From Macrostomum lignano (lineage: Eukaryota): a stretch of 64,000 nt of DNA. Under the pieces are notes generated by a model. The model saw only the letters and a list, made by a program, of their open reading frames with translations, made no database searches and was not told where the DNA came from. Of the stretch, positions 20,029-31,629 are shown piece by piece. The position numbers were made by a program, and so were the translations under genes. The DNA lies in the NCBI GenBank assembly GCA_002269645.1, contig NIVC01001912.1, forward strand, positions 124,001 through 188,000, in the 5' to 3' direction. Position 1 is the stretch's first letter; each line of letters opens with the position of its first letter.

Positions 20029-23000
20029 ATGCCGTTGCCAAGCAAAGCGCGCGCCTATCCTGACGCGAATTCGTTGCGCAGCCGCGAATACTGGGACTAC
20101 GAGGCTCACGTAGTAGAATGGGGCAATCAGGACGATTATCAGGTGGTGCGAAAACTCGGCCGCGGCAAATACTCCGAAGTGTTTGAAGGTGTTAACGTTA
20201 CTAATCAGGAGAAAGTAAGCATTTTGAAGCAATAAATGTGTTGTAAAAGTTTCCACATAGCAACTCGCTAGGTGACGAGTCATTTGTGTATCTCACGACA
20301 GTCATAGTTACTCTAGCCGTTTACTAGATCCATATACTAAAAATAGTTTACTACTAAATAGTTGTATATATACTCAGCAACATCGAAAAGTCGCCATCAC
20401 AAAAGATTCTGCAGTCGCCTCTTGAGAGTGCAAGGAAAAGTCAAGGGTAAAATCAAGAGTGCAAGGGTTTGGACAGGTCAAAGCTACCCTTTAACCGGAT
20501 TTGCGGATTACATGCAGATTTGCCTTGCGATAGGGTGCCAGCAACTCCCCTGTGAATATATTTTATTTTTATATATGCAAACATCCTTGATATAGTTGAG
20601 GTAGTTGGTCCTCGTGAATTTCTCGACAAGCCTCGAGAGGCTATCATGACGGACCCCAGCTAACCCTAACCATTGCTTTAATTTGCATCACTAGGTTGTC
20701 ATCAAGGTGCTGAAGCCGGTGAAAAAGAAGAAGATCAAGCGAGAAATAAAGATTCTGGACAATCTAAAAGGCGGTATTAATATTATTACTATGCAGAGCA
20801 TAGTGAAGGATCCGGTGTCGAGGACCCCGGCGCTTATCTTCGAATACGTGAACAACACGGACTTCAAGCTGCTGTACTCTGGCCTATCCGACTATGATAT
20901 CCGTTATTATATATTCGAACTATTGAAAGCGTTAGATTTCTGTCACAGTATGGGCATTATGCATAGGGATGTTAAGCCGCATAACGTTATGATTGATCAC
21001 GAGCATCGGAAGGTGAGTGTCTGTAATTCTAGTTAGCATTTAGATTAGTTAGTGTATGATTAAACATCTGAAATTTAAATAAAATGTGCTTTTAGCGCCA
21101 AATTTTAGTATATAGGATTGGATGTAGCGCCAAAGTGGTTGGGTTTAGCCCCAAAGTGGTTGAATTTGGCGCCAAGGGTTGCATTTAGCTCCAAAGTGGT
21201 TGGATGTAGCGCCAAAGTGGTTGGATGTAGCGCCAAAGTGGCTGGGTTTAGCCCCAAAGTGGTTGAATTTGGCGCCAAGGGTTGCATTTAGCTCCAAAGT
21301 GGTTGGATGTAGCGCCAAAGTGGTTGGATGTAGCGCCAAAGTGGCTGGGTTTAGCGCCAATGTGGTTGAATGTAGCGCCAAAGTGGTTGGGTTTACCAAA
21401 GTGTCGGGTTTAACGCCAAAGTGGTTGGGTTTACCGCCAATGTGGTTGGATGTAGCGCCAAAGTGGCTGGGTTTAGCGCCAATGTGGTTGGATGTAGCGC
21501 CAAAGTGGTTGGGTTTACCAAAGTGTCGGTTTTAACGCCAAAGTGGTTGCATTTAGCACCAAGGGTTGCATTTAGTGCCAAAGTGTCTGGGTGCATTTAG
21601 AGCCAAGGTGGTTGAATTTAGCGCCAAAGTGGTTGAATTTGGCGCCAAGGGTTTCATGATTTAGCGCCAAAGGTTGCATTTAGCGCCTATGTAGTTGGGT
21701 TTAGCGCCAAAGCGGTTGGGTTTAGCGCCAAAGCGGTTGCTTTTTAGCAAAATCATAGAAACTCACTACGGCTAATCAAATCGAAAATTTGCGTTTCCAT
21801 AGCAGAAACCCAGTTTTAGAACTCGGTGCCCAACCAGCCCCATCTAATCTCAACTCGCATCTACCTGACACAGCTGCGCCTGATAGACTGGGGCCTGGCC
21901 GAGTTCTACCATCCCGGCCAAGAGTACAACGTGCGCGTGGCGTCTCGCTACTTCAAAGGACCAGAATTGCTGCTGGACTATCAAGTGAGTTAGTCGGCAT
22001 TTGAAATGGCAGTCTTTGTGCATTCTAAGCAAGTTTTAATTGCAATTCTGGCGACCTGGCGACCTCCCCAGATGTACGACTACTCCTTGGACATGTGGAG
22101 CCTCGGCTGCATGTTCGCCTCGATGATCTTCAAGAAGGAGCCGTTCTTTCACGGTCACGACAACTACGACCAGCTGGTGCGCATCGCCAAGGTGCTGGGC
22201 ACCGACGAGCTGTACGCCTACATCAGCAAGTACCAGATTGACTTGGACCGGAGGTTCAACGAGATCTTAGCCAGGCACAGTCGCAAGCGTTGGGAGCGAT
22301 TTGTGCACAGCGAGAATCAGCATTTAGTGAGCGCCGAAGCTCTGGACTTTCTTGATCGGCTGCTCCGCTACGATCACAATGACCGGCTCACCGCTAGGGA
22401 AGCTATGGAGCATCCGTACTTTAGTGAGTCCGCTTTAAGAGGCTGCGAGTCCGCACCTTAAGATCCCGAAATCCCCAGAACCCCTACTTTGATCCCCAAG
22501 TGAAGAATCCCCATTCTGATCCCATATCGAAGAATCCCCATTCTGATCCCCGAGTGAAGAATCCCCATTCTGATCCCATATTGAAGAATCCCCATTCTGA
22601 TCCCATATTGAAGAATCCCCCATTCTGATCCCATATCGAAGAATCCCCATTCTGATCCCATATCGAAGAATCCCCATTCTGATCCCATATCGAAGAATCC
22701 CCATTCTGATCCCATATCGAAGAATCCCCCATTCTGATCCCATATTGAAAAATCTCCATTCTGATCCCATATCGAAGAATCCCCATTCTGATCCCATATC
22801 GAAGAATCCCCATTCTGATCCCATATCGAAGAATCCCCATTCTGATCCCATATCAAAGAATCCCCATTCTGATCCCATATCGAAGAATCCCCATTCTGAT
22901 CCCATATCGAAGAATCCCCATTCTGATCCCATATCGAAGAATCCCCATTCTGATCCCATATCGAAGAATCCCCATTCTGATCCCATATCGAAGAATCCCC

Positions 23001-24308
23001 ATTCTGATCCCATATCGAAGAATCCCCATTCTGATCCCATATCGAAGAATCCCCATTCTGATCCCATATCGAAGAATCCCCATTCTGATCCCATATCGAA
23101 GAATCCCCATTCTGATCCCATATCGAAGAATCCCCATTCTGATCCCATATCGAAGAATCATATCCCCCATTCTGATATTCTGGAACATTCGCAACGGAAC
23201 ACTCAACGCCACCGACTCCCTATCGCAGCGCCCATCGTCCGCGACCAGGGCGGAATTCAGCAGGCTGCCGCCAGTCCAAAGTCGCCGTTCAATCCCACTG
23301 CAGCCGGTGAGTGGCGCAGTCCGCTGATTTCTTTATTTTACAGGATTCCTGCTTGCCTACTACTAGTAGCTGCATAAGTCTTAAAAGAGAAGCGGTTTTT
23401 AATATGAACATTTATATAAATGATCGAAAGCCCCAGATCCTCAGATAAAGAAGCCACCCTCCCAGTCCCAGGTCTTCAGTGGCTGCGCCAGCTTCCCAGA
23501 TCCTCAGTTGCTGATTCAGCCTTCCAGATCCTCAGTTGCTGGGCCAGCCTCCCAGATCCTCAGTTGCTGGGCCAGCCTTCCAGATCCTCAGTTGCTGGGC
23601 CAGCCTTCCAGATCCTCAGTTGCTGGGCCAGCCTTCCAGATCCTCAGTTGCTGGGCCAGCCTCCCAGATCCTCAGTTGCTGATTCAGCCTTCCAGATCCT
23701 CAGTTGCTGATTCAGCCTTCCAGATCCTCAGTTGCTGGACCAGCCTCCCAGATCCTCAGTTGCTGATTCAGCCTTCCAGATCCTCAGTTGCTGGACCAGC
23801 CTCCCAGATCCTCAGTTGCTGATTCAGCCTTCCATATCCTCAGTTGCTGGGCCAGCCTCCCAGATCCTCAGTTGCTGATTCAGCCTTCCAGATCCTCAGT
23901 TGCTGATTCAGCCTTCCAGATCCTCAGTTGCTGGGCCAGCCTCCCAGATTCTCAGTTGCTGGGCCAGCCTCCCAGATTCTCAGTTGCTGGGCCAGCCTCC
24001 CAGATTCTCAGTTGCTGGGCCAGCCTCCCAGATCCTCAGTTGCTGGGCCAGCCTCCCAGATTCTCAGTTGCTGGGCCAGCCTCCCAGATTCTCAGTTGCT
24101 GGGCCAGCCTCCCAGATCCCCAGTTGCTGGGCCAGCATCCCAGATCCTCAGTTACTGGGCCAGCCTCCCAGTCCTCAGAGAATTTCTACCAGCCTGATGA
24201 CTGCTACACTATGTACTATCTGATCTATCCTTAGTATAACTTGTGAAGCCATGCACTTTTTCCATTCAAGCAGGCGGCAACGGCTCCCTGGGGTCTCACC
24301 AGAGTTAG
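20029..24308 (+). CDS. CSNK2A1: Casein kinase II subunit alpha, six coding exons, ~360 aa
   Basis: Exons 20029-20214, 20695-21012, 21874-21984, 22072-22423, 23229-23306, 24271(or 24274)-24308, all GT-AG and phase-consistent. Motifs [60 protein letters not shown]; AATAAA at 24336. Confidence 0.96.
21093..21745. repeat. 21-bp minisatellite (TAGCGCCAAAGTGGTTGGATG) in CK2alpha intron 2
   Basis: Tandem units read directly. Confidence 0.92.
22490..23180. repeat. 27-bp minisatellite (GATCCCATATCGAAGAATCCCCATTCT) in CK2alpha intron 4
   Basis: Highly homogeneous tandem units. Confidence 0.95.
23485..24175. repeat. 27-bp minisatellite (CCCAGATCCTCAGTTGCTGGGCCAGCCT-like) in CK2alpha intron 5
   Basis: Tandem units read directly. 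Confidence 0.93.
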
Positions 24309-24708
24309 CGAGTGCGCGGACCAAGCAGCGGCAGCAATAAAAAAGACCCAATCAGTGACCTTAGTAGAGAATGCGGTGTGGTGTACAGCTGGAAAATTTT
24401 CCTTTGTTACATTTTTTCTTGTCTCGGAGTAGAACCTGCATTACTGCGTTATTTCTAAAGTCAACTTGTACGAATTACTATTGATGAAAACATTGTACAC
24501 GCTGTGCTACTCTAAATTGAAATTCATATTCAGTTTACACTAGAAACACTGAACAGTTGCTCCATAATTAATTTATGATTAACTACTTGTCAGTTGTCAC
24601 TTTGCTGTTTGTGTTTTTTAACGAAGTTATTTAATCAAAATAACAGATTTAATTTGTTTGTTTCACTTTACTTTCCTTCTACAGTCGTGTTATAATGATA
24701 ATTGATGT

Positions 24709-24812
24709 TTATTATTATTATTATCATTATTATTATTATTATTCAATAGCAGCAGTCGCTGGAATCGAACCTGGGACTTCAGTTTGCATTGCCTCAGACC
24801 TTAGAGGCTAAA
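24709..24812 (-). mobile_element. Possible short tRNA-derived SINE relic
   Basis: Minus-strand B-box GGTTCGATTCC (24761-24771), weak A-box near 24799-24810, followed by an (AAT)n tail. T-stem does not pair fully. Confidence 0.35.
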
Positions 24813-24984
24813 ATATACTACTGCGACATAAATAATTGCGCGTTTTAATCTTTTTAAAAACACGTTTTATTATGGCGAATTGTGCATGAGTGGGCGGCCT
24901 GAATTGTTTTAGTTCGTTTATTGCAGTTTTTTAGCCTGTAGAAACTAGACATCTACACCCTCAGAAAGACGAGTAGATGCTGTC

Positions 24985-25582
24985 CTCCCAGATCCTCAGG
25001 TTCTGAGCTACTGCCAGCCTCCCAGATCCTCAGGTTCTGAGCTACTGCCAGCCTCCCAGATCCTCAGGTTCTGAGCTACTGCCAGCCTCCCAGATCCTCA
25101 GGTTCTGAGCTACTGCCAGCCTCCCAGATCCTCAGGTTCTGAGCTACTGCCAGCCTCCCAGATCCTCAGGTTCTGAGCTACTGCCAGCCTCCCAGATCCT
25201 CAGGTTCTGAGCTACTGCCAGCCTCCCAGATCCTCAGGTTCTGAGCTACTGCCAGCCTCCCAGATCCTCAGGTTCTGAGCTACTGCCAGCCTCCCAGATC
25301 CTCAGGTTCTGAGCTACTGCCAGGCTCCCAGATCCTCAGGTTCTGAGCTACTGCCAGCCTCCCAGATCCTCAGGTTCTGAGCTACTGCCAGCCTCCCAGA
25401 TCCTCAGGTTCTGAGCTACCACGGGCCTCCCAGATTCTCAGGTTCTGAGCTACTGCCAGCCTCCCAGATCCTGAGTTTTTAAGCTACCGCCAGCCTCCCA
25501 GAGCCCCAGTTGCTGGGCTGCCAGCCTCCCAGAGCCCCAGTTGCTGGGATGCCAGCCTCCCAGAGCCCCAGTTGCTGGGCTG
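24985..25582. repeat. 34-bp minisatellite (CCCAGATCCTCAGGTTCTGAGCTACTGCCAGCCT) plus three ~31-bp variant units
   Basis: Tandem units; shares core GCCAGCCTCCCAGATCCTCAG with the intron-5 array. Confidence 0.93.
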
Positions 25583-25713
25583 CCATTATATTTCGCCCGC
25601 CAACCTGTCCGATTGCAGGCCAGCCCCAGGACTGACGCATTTTCTCAGCCACAGCGGCTGCTGTAGCCAATCCGGCAATCCAAAATCATCAGCCTCCCCT
25701 CCCCCCGCGCCGG

Positions 25714-26424
25714 ATGTCCTCCTCGTCTTCTTCCGGCCGCCTTCCCGTGCCGCAGGACCTGCTGGCGATGCCTGGCGGCGTCGGAGGCGCCTCGGCGGCA
25801 GCGGACGATCCCTTGGCGCATCAGGGCCGGACGCGCAGTTTCCCGGCCGAGCGCGGCCAGTGGGCAACCAGCGTGCACTGTCCGGCTGGCGAGCTGCTAG
25901 ACGAACTCGGCGAACACCGCGTCGAGTCCTGGCGCTCCGCCCTGTCCGCCGCGTGTCACGGAGCCGAGGTGCACCCGGTGGACTCGCCGCATTTGTCTCT
26001 CTCCCGCACCGTGATCCTCCGGCACCACCAGATTGCCGCCTACACCGATGCACTCCGCTCTAAGCTGGCCGACTCAGCCTGCTGTCCGGTAGTAGCCGAC
26101 AAGCTCATCGCGCTGCCCAATGACGACTGTACAAGGACATTTTTTGCTCTGCGCCTGGCCGAGCACAGCGCGCCGGCTTGCGAACAGCTGGTGGCTCGGG
26201 TGGACTCGGCCATGTCGCTGTTTGGCCTGCCTGTTTATTACGACCAGCCGCAGTTGCACGTGTCACTGCTGTGGACTCTGGGCGATCGCAGTCAGGACCG
26301 GTCGGTTCAACGACTGCTAGATGACATCAGCGGAGACCTGGCCTCGTCTGGCGGCGTCGGCTTCTTGGCGGATCAGGTTGTCTGCCGGTCTGGTAACAAG
26401 GAGTTCATGTTCAGCCTGTCCTGA
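25714..26424 (+). CDS. USB1: U6 snRNA phosphodiesterase (2H family), single exon as seen, 236 aa
   Basis: HQGRTRSFP..RGQWATSV N-terminal motif; two HxS catalytic motifs (HLSLSRT, HVSLLW); NDDCTRTFFAL; C-terminal CRSGNKEF. True start could be upstream. Confidence 0.9.
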   Translation: MSSSSSSGRLPVPQDLLAMPGGVGGASAAADDPLAHQGRTRSFPAERGQWATSVHCPAGELLDELGEHRVESWRSALSAACHGAEVHPVDSPHLSLSRTVILRHHQIAAYTDALRSKLADSACCPVVADKLIALPNDDCTRTFFALRLAEHSAPACEQLVARVDSAMSLFGLPVYYDQPQLHVSLLWTLGDRSQDRSVQRLLDDISGDLASSGGVGFLADQVVCRSGNKEFMFSLS

Positions 26425-26597
26425 TCGCCTGATGTCGATTGGCTACTGTCAACAGTACTACTAAGATTCCGCTTTGCTTTGTATTGGCTCTCTGCTTGCC
26501 AAGGAACTGTTTGTTAATTATAAATTCACTTCCAATTCAATTGAAAATTTATGGAAGCTTAAGTTCACTTCTAGCTTTAATTTGATGATTTATTGAT

Positions 26598-27272
26598 GGT
26601 TGATGATCCCTGTGGCATCCCCCGGTTGATGATCCCTGTGGCATCCCCGGTTGATGCTCCCTGTGGTACCCCGGTTGATAATTAGTGTGGCATCCCCTTT
26701 TGTTGATGCTCCCTGTGGCATTCCCGATTGATGATCCCTGTGCCACCCCGGTTGATGCTCCCTGTAGCATCCCCGGTTGATGATCCCTGTGGCATCCCCG
26801 GTTGATGATTAGTGTAGCATCCCCTTTTGTTGATGCTCCCTGTATCATCCCCGGTTGATGATCCCTGTGGCATCCCCGGTTGATGATTAGTGTAGCATCC
26901 CCTTTTGTTGATGCTCCCTGTATCATCCCCGGTTGATGATCCCTGTGGCATCCCCGGTTGATGATTAGTGTAGCATCCCCTTTTGTTGATGCTCCCTGTA
27001 TCATTCCCGATTGATGATCCTTGTGCCACCCTGGTTGATGCTCCCTGTGGCATTCCCGATTGATGATCCATGTATCACGCCGGTTAATGATCCCTGTGCC
27101 ACCCCGGTTGATGATCCCTGTGACATCCCCGGTTGATGATCCCTGTGACATCCCCGGTTGATGCTCCCTGTGGCATCCCCGGTTGATGCTCCCTGTGCCA
27201 CCCCGGTTGATGCTCCCTGTGGCATCCCCGGTTGATGCTTCCTGTATCATTCCTGGTTGATGATTAGTGTGG
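26598..27272. repeat. ~25-26-bp minisatellite (CCCCGGTTGATGATCCCTGTGGCAT)
   Basis: Tandem units with variants. Confidence 0.9.
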
Positions 27273-27984
27273 CAGTTGATTTTCAGCTTCGCTTCTTCCT
27301 AATTAGTATCTTAAAGTAGTATCTGATATCTGCGGCTTGTCTTGTAACAGTCCTGTTTATTTATAGGCACAACTTTCGCTAAATCACGCGAGTCGTGTAC
27401 AGTTGCTGCCCATTAACATTCTCTCTGCTCCAGCAAGTCTTCTATTAATAGCATTTCGTATTGCAATAGTTAATTTGCTCCAGATTACTGAGTATCACTA
27501 CCGTTGCGTTGCGCTGTGGGTAGCATCTTATATTTTACTGTATATCTACATGTATCTCTATTGTATGTAAAGCAACGCGAATTAGTGACTAACCTGTCAA
27601 AACACACGTCGGGAGTTTTTTTGAAAGTATACCCTAGCTCAACTTGATTATAGTTATAGTTATTCGTTTGTAATAAAGCCGAATTGCTTAAACCCGATAA
27701 GTATAATTGTCGCATTAATAAATAAATTAAATTTTGTGGCAGATATTATTATTATTATTATTTTAAGGCCTTTCTTCGAATTGCCTGCGTCTCTAAACTG
27801 GGTCTATTGTCCAGCCTAGATCTTGGATAAAAAATTGTCAAGATTTTTCGTTTGTCTTATTGTTCATTTTTTGTCTGTAAAGGTTTCATACCTAGTATTA
27901 CTACTTATAGCATAGTAGCGAAGTAGCAAGTCGATATTTATATTATGTCCTTTCTATTTATATGATTAGTACCCACAATCATTT

Positions 27985-29177
27985 GGAATCATTCTCCAAT
28001 CATTCTAGAATGGCCCTCCTATCATTCTAGAATGGCCCTACTATCATTCTAGAATCTCCCTCCTATCATTTTAGAATCGCCCTCCTATCATTCTAGAATC
28101 GCCCTCCTATCATTCTAGAATCGCCCTCCTATCATTCTAGAATCGCCCTCCTATCAGTCTAGAATCGCCCTCCTATCAGTCTAGAATCTCCCTCCTATCA
28201 TTCTAGAATCGCCCTCCTATCAGTCTAGAATCTCCCTCCTATCATTCTAGAATCACCGTCCTATCATTCTAGAATCACCGTCCTATCAGTCTAGAATCTC
28301 CCTCCTATCAGTCTAGAATCTCCCTCCTATCAGTCTAGAATCTCCCTCCAATCAGTCTAGAATCTCCCTCCTATCATTCTAGAATCGCCCTCCTATCATT
28401 CTAGAATCTCCCTCCTATCATTCTAGAATCGCCCTCCTATCAGTCTAGAATCTCCCTCCTATCATTCTAGAATCGCCCTCCTATCAGTCTAGAATCTCCC
28501 TCCTATCATTCTAGAATCGCCCTCCTATCATTCTAGAATCGCCCTCCTATCAGTCTAGAATCTCCCTCCTATCATTCTAGAATCGCCCTCCTATCAGTCT
28601 AGAATCTCCCTCCTATCATTCTAGAATCTCCCTCCTATCATTCTAGAATCTCCCTCCTATCAGTCTAGAATATCCCTCCTATCAGTCTAGAATCTCCCTC
28701 CTATCAGTCTAGAATCGCCCTCTTATCATTCTAGAATCTCCCTCCTATCATTCTAGAATCGCCCTCCTATCATTCTAGAATCACCCTCCTATCATTCTAG
28801 AATTGCCATCCTATCAGTCTAGAATCACCCTCCTATCAGTCTAGAATCGCCCTCCTATCATTCTAGAATCACCCTCCTATCATTCTAGAATCTCCCTCCT
28901 ATCATTATAGAATCTCCCTCCTATCATTCTAGAATTGCCATCCTATCAGTCTAGAATCACCCTCCTATCAGTCTAGAATCGCCCTCCTATCATTCTAGAA
29001 TCTCCCTCCTATCATTCTAGAATCTCCCTCCTATCATTCTAGAATCTCCCTCCTATCATTCTAGAATCGCCCTCCTATCAGTCTAGAATCGCCCTCCTAT
29101 CATTCTAGAATCGCCCTCCTATCATTCTAGAATCGCCCTCCTATCATTCTAGAATCGCCCTCCTATCATTCTAGAAT
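27985..29177. repeat. 22-bp minisatellite (TCTAGAATCGCCCTCCTATCAT)
   Basis: About 50 tandem units, each with TCTAGA. Confidence 0.95.
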
Positions 29178-29549
29178 GTCCCCCAACCATTTTAGTCTGG
29201 CACTTGTACATGTAGATAGTACAGTGCGCACATTTACAAGGGGCAACGAGCTAAGCGATAGAAAAGCCGCTGCAGCCCCATGCTGCCTCAAATATAGAAG
29301 CATCTTACAATGCATAAACCGAATCGTTGCGAGCGTCAGCTTCCTTCGGGTGCCACAATAATAAGTGCTAGACATTTGCTCGTAACTCCAGTCTGAACTT
29401 GAAGTGGTGTTAGCAATTTAGAAAAATAGCTCCTGCATCTGTTAAATCAGTTGCTTTTTTTTTAAACTTCATCTCTGTGTTTTACATGTATGCGTACCTA
29501 TTGTTATTAGCATCTAATTTGATTCGCTTAAATTACTATTTTAAAGTCC

Positions 29550-30185
29550 TCATGAGAATTCCCCTCTCGCTCTTTCTAATCCACATGAGAATTTCCTTCT
29601 CGCTCTTTCTAATCCACATGAGAATTCCCTCTCGCTCTCCCTAATCCACATGAGAATTCCCTCTCGCTCTTCATAATCCACATGAGAATACCCTTCTCGC
29701 TCTTTTTAATCCACATGAGAATTCCCTCTCGCTCTTCCTAATCCACATGAGAATTCCCTCTCGCTCTCCCTAATCCACATGAGAATACCCTTCTCGCTCT
29801 TTCTAATCCACATGAGAATACCCTTCTCGCTCTTTCTAATCCACATGAGAATTCCCTCTCGCTCTCCCTAATCCACATGAGAATACCCTTCTCGCTCTTT
29901 CTAATCCACATGAGAATTCCCTCTCGCTCTCCCTAATCCACATGAGAATTCCCTCTCGCTCTCCCTAATCCACATGAGAATTCCCTCTCGCTCTCCCTAA
30001 TCCACATGAGAATTCCCTCTCGCTCTCCCTAATCCACATGAGAATACCCTTCTCGCTCTCCCTAATCCACATGAGAATTCCCTCTCGCTCTCCATAATCC
30101 ACATGAGAATACCCTTCTCGCTCTCCCTAATCCACATGAGAATACCCTTCTCGCTCTCCCTAATCCACATGAGAATACCCCTCTC
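29550..30185. repeat. 32-33-bp minisatellite (TAATCCACATGAGAATTCCCTCTCGCTCTCCC)
   Basis: Tandem units read directly. Confidence 0.95.
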
Positions 30186-30739
30186 CCCGGTCTTGATTAG
30201 AATTCCCCTTCAGTTTTTATTACAATTTGAGTCTTCTCAAAAATTTCTTCAGTAGTGCTTATCCCTTGCGTAATAATCTGTCGTTAAATTGACTCCCAAT
30301 AGAAAATATAAGGTAAATATTTCAGACGCAATATTAATCAAACTCTGCGCAGCGCAGAAGCTACGGCAGCAATTTAATTTTTTTAGAAACTTCTAGAAGG
30401 TTCTTCAACAGTCGGTAGGCGCGGCCCACCGTTCATTTTTATGGGGTTCAACTCCCTAGCAACTAAATGCTCCACCAGTCTCATTGGCATGGGTTCCAGT
30501 CCACAGCCAGGAATTCTTACAGCACCGCACTTCAGTGGGATTCCGGTTCCTCTTTGTTCAAGTTGCTACAGAAGCAGATTCTTTCTTGTAGCGACAAACT
30601 TTGCTGGAATGTTTTGCTAATCTGTAAGATTGTCTTTTAACAATTTTGGATTCGGAATTCACTTTTGGAATGCCCGCCGAAGCTTTTGCCTCTGTTGTGA
30701 TTGTAGAACACATGTAGCTGCGGCAGAGACATCAATTTT

Positions 30740-31135
30740 GCTTCAGATCTCTCTGGAGTGACCAATTCATTTCAGATCTCTCTGTTGATGGACCAATTCA
30801 TTTCAGATCTCTCTCTGGAGTGACCAATTCATTTCAGATCTCTCTCTGGAGTGACCAATTAATTTCAGATCTCTCTCTGGAGTGACCAATTCATTTTAGA
30901 TCTTTCTCTGGAGTGACCAATTCATTTCAGATCTCTCTGGAGTGACCAATTCATTTCAGATCTCTCTCTGGAGTGACCAATTCATTTCAGATCTCTCTGG
31001 AGTGACCAATTCATTTCAGATCTCTCTCTGGAGTGACCAATTCATTTCAGATCTCTCTGGAGTGACCAATTCATTTCAGATCTCTCTCAGGAGGGACCAA
31101 TTAATTTCTAATCTATCTGGAGTGACCAATGTGTT
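30740..31135. repeat. 29/31-bp minisatellite (TTCAGATCTCTCTGGAGTGACCAATTCAT)
   Basis: Units differ by one CT dinucleotide. Confidence 0.93.
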
Positions 31136-31629
31136 TCAGTCTTAACATTTTTATTAAAGTTCAAGCTTCGTTTTTTGAAAATTATGCAGGAATAAATGAG
31201 TCACGAATCAGTCAAATATAGATGTTAAAAAACATAATGTTTGACGGATTTACACCAGACGGGTGTCTCTTATCAGTTTACATAATTTGTGCTCACTCCC
31301 TGCCTCGCTCCACTATTGAGTCTGGCTTGGGTGGAATAGCAGATAAACTTTAGTGGAGTCTTTGTCAAGCTGACTGCCTTTAAAAGATTAATACTCGTAT
31401 ATACAGCTCTTTGTCGTGCCGCACAGACTGCTCCACACTGCAGCTGATAAAGAGACCGTGTGGCCCATGGATCGAATATGAGTACTGTTGATTCTCGAGT
31501 TGCAGTAGATTCTACGAGTATATATGCGCTATGCTAGCTTAATCATGCAATTAAACAAATTTTCGGTCTCTGTGGGAACTGCTTGGATGTATTTGATGAG
31601 AGGGAGAGAGAGAGGAGGGGGATAAAACA

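Noticed and set aside
24745-24830. tRNA gene on the minus strand
   Set aside because: Only a B-box is clear and the cloverleaf does not fold; kept only as a weak SINE relic.
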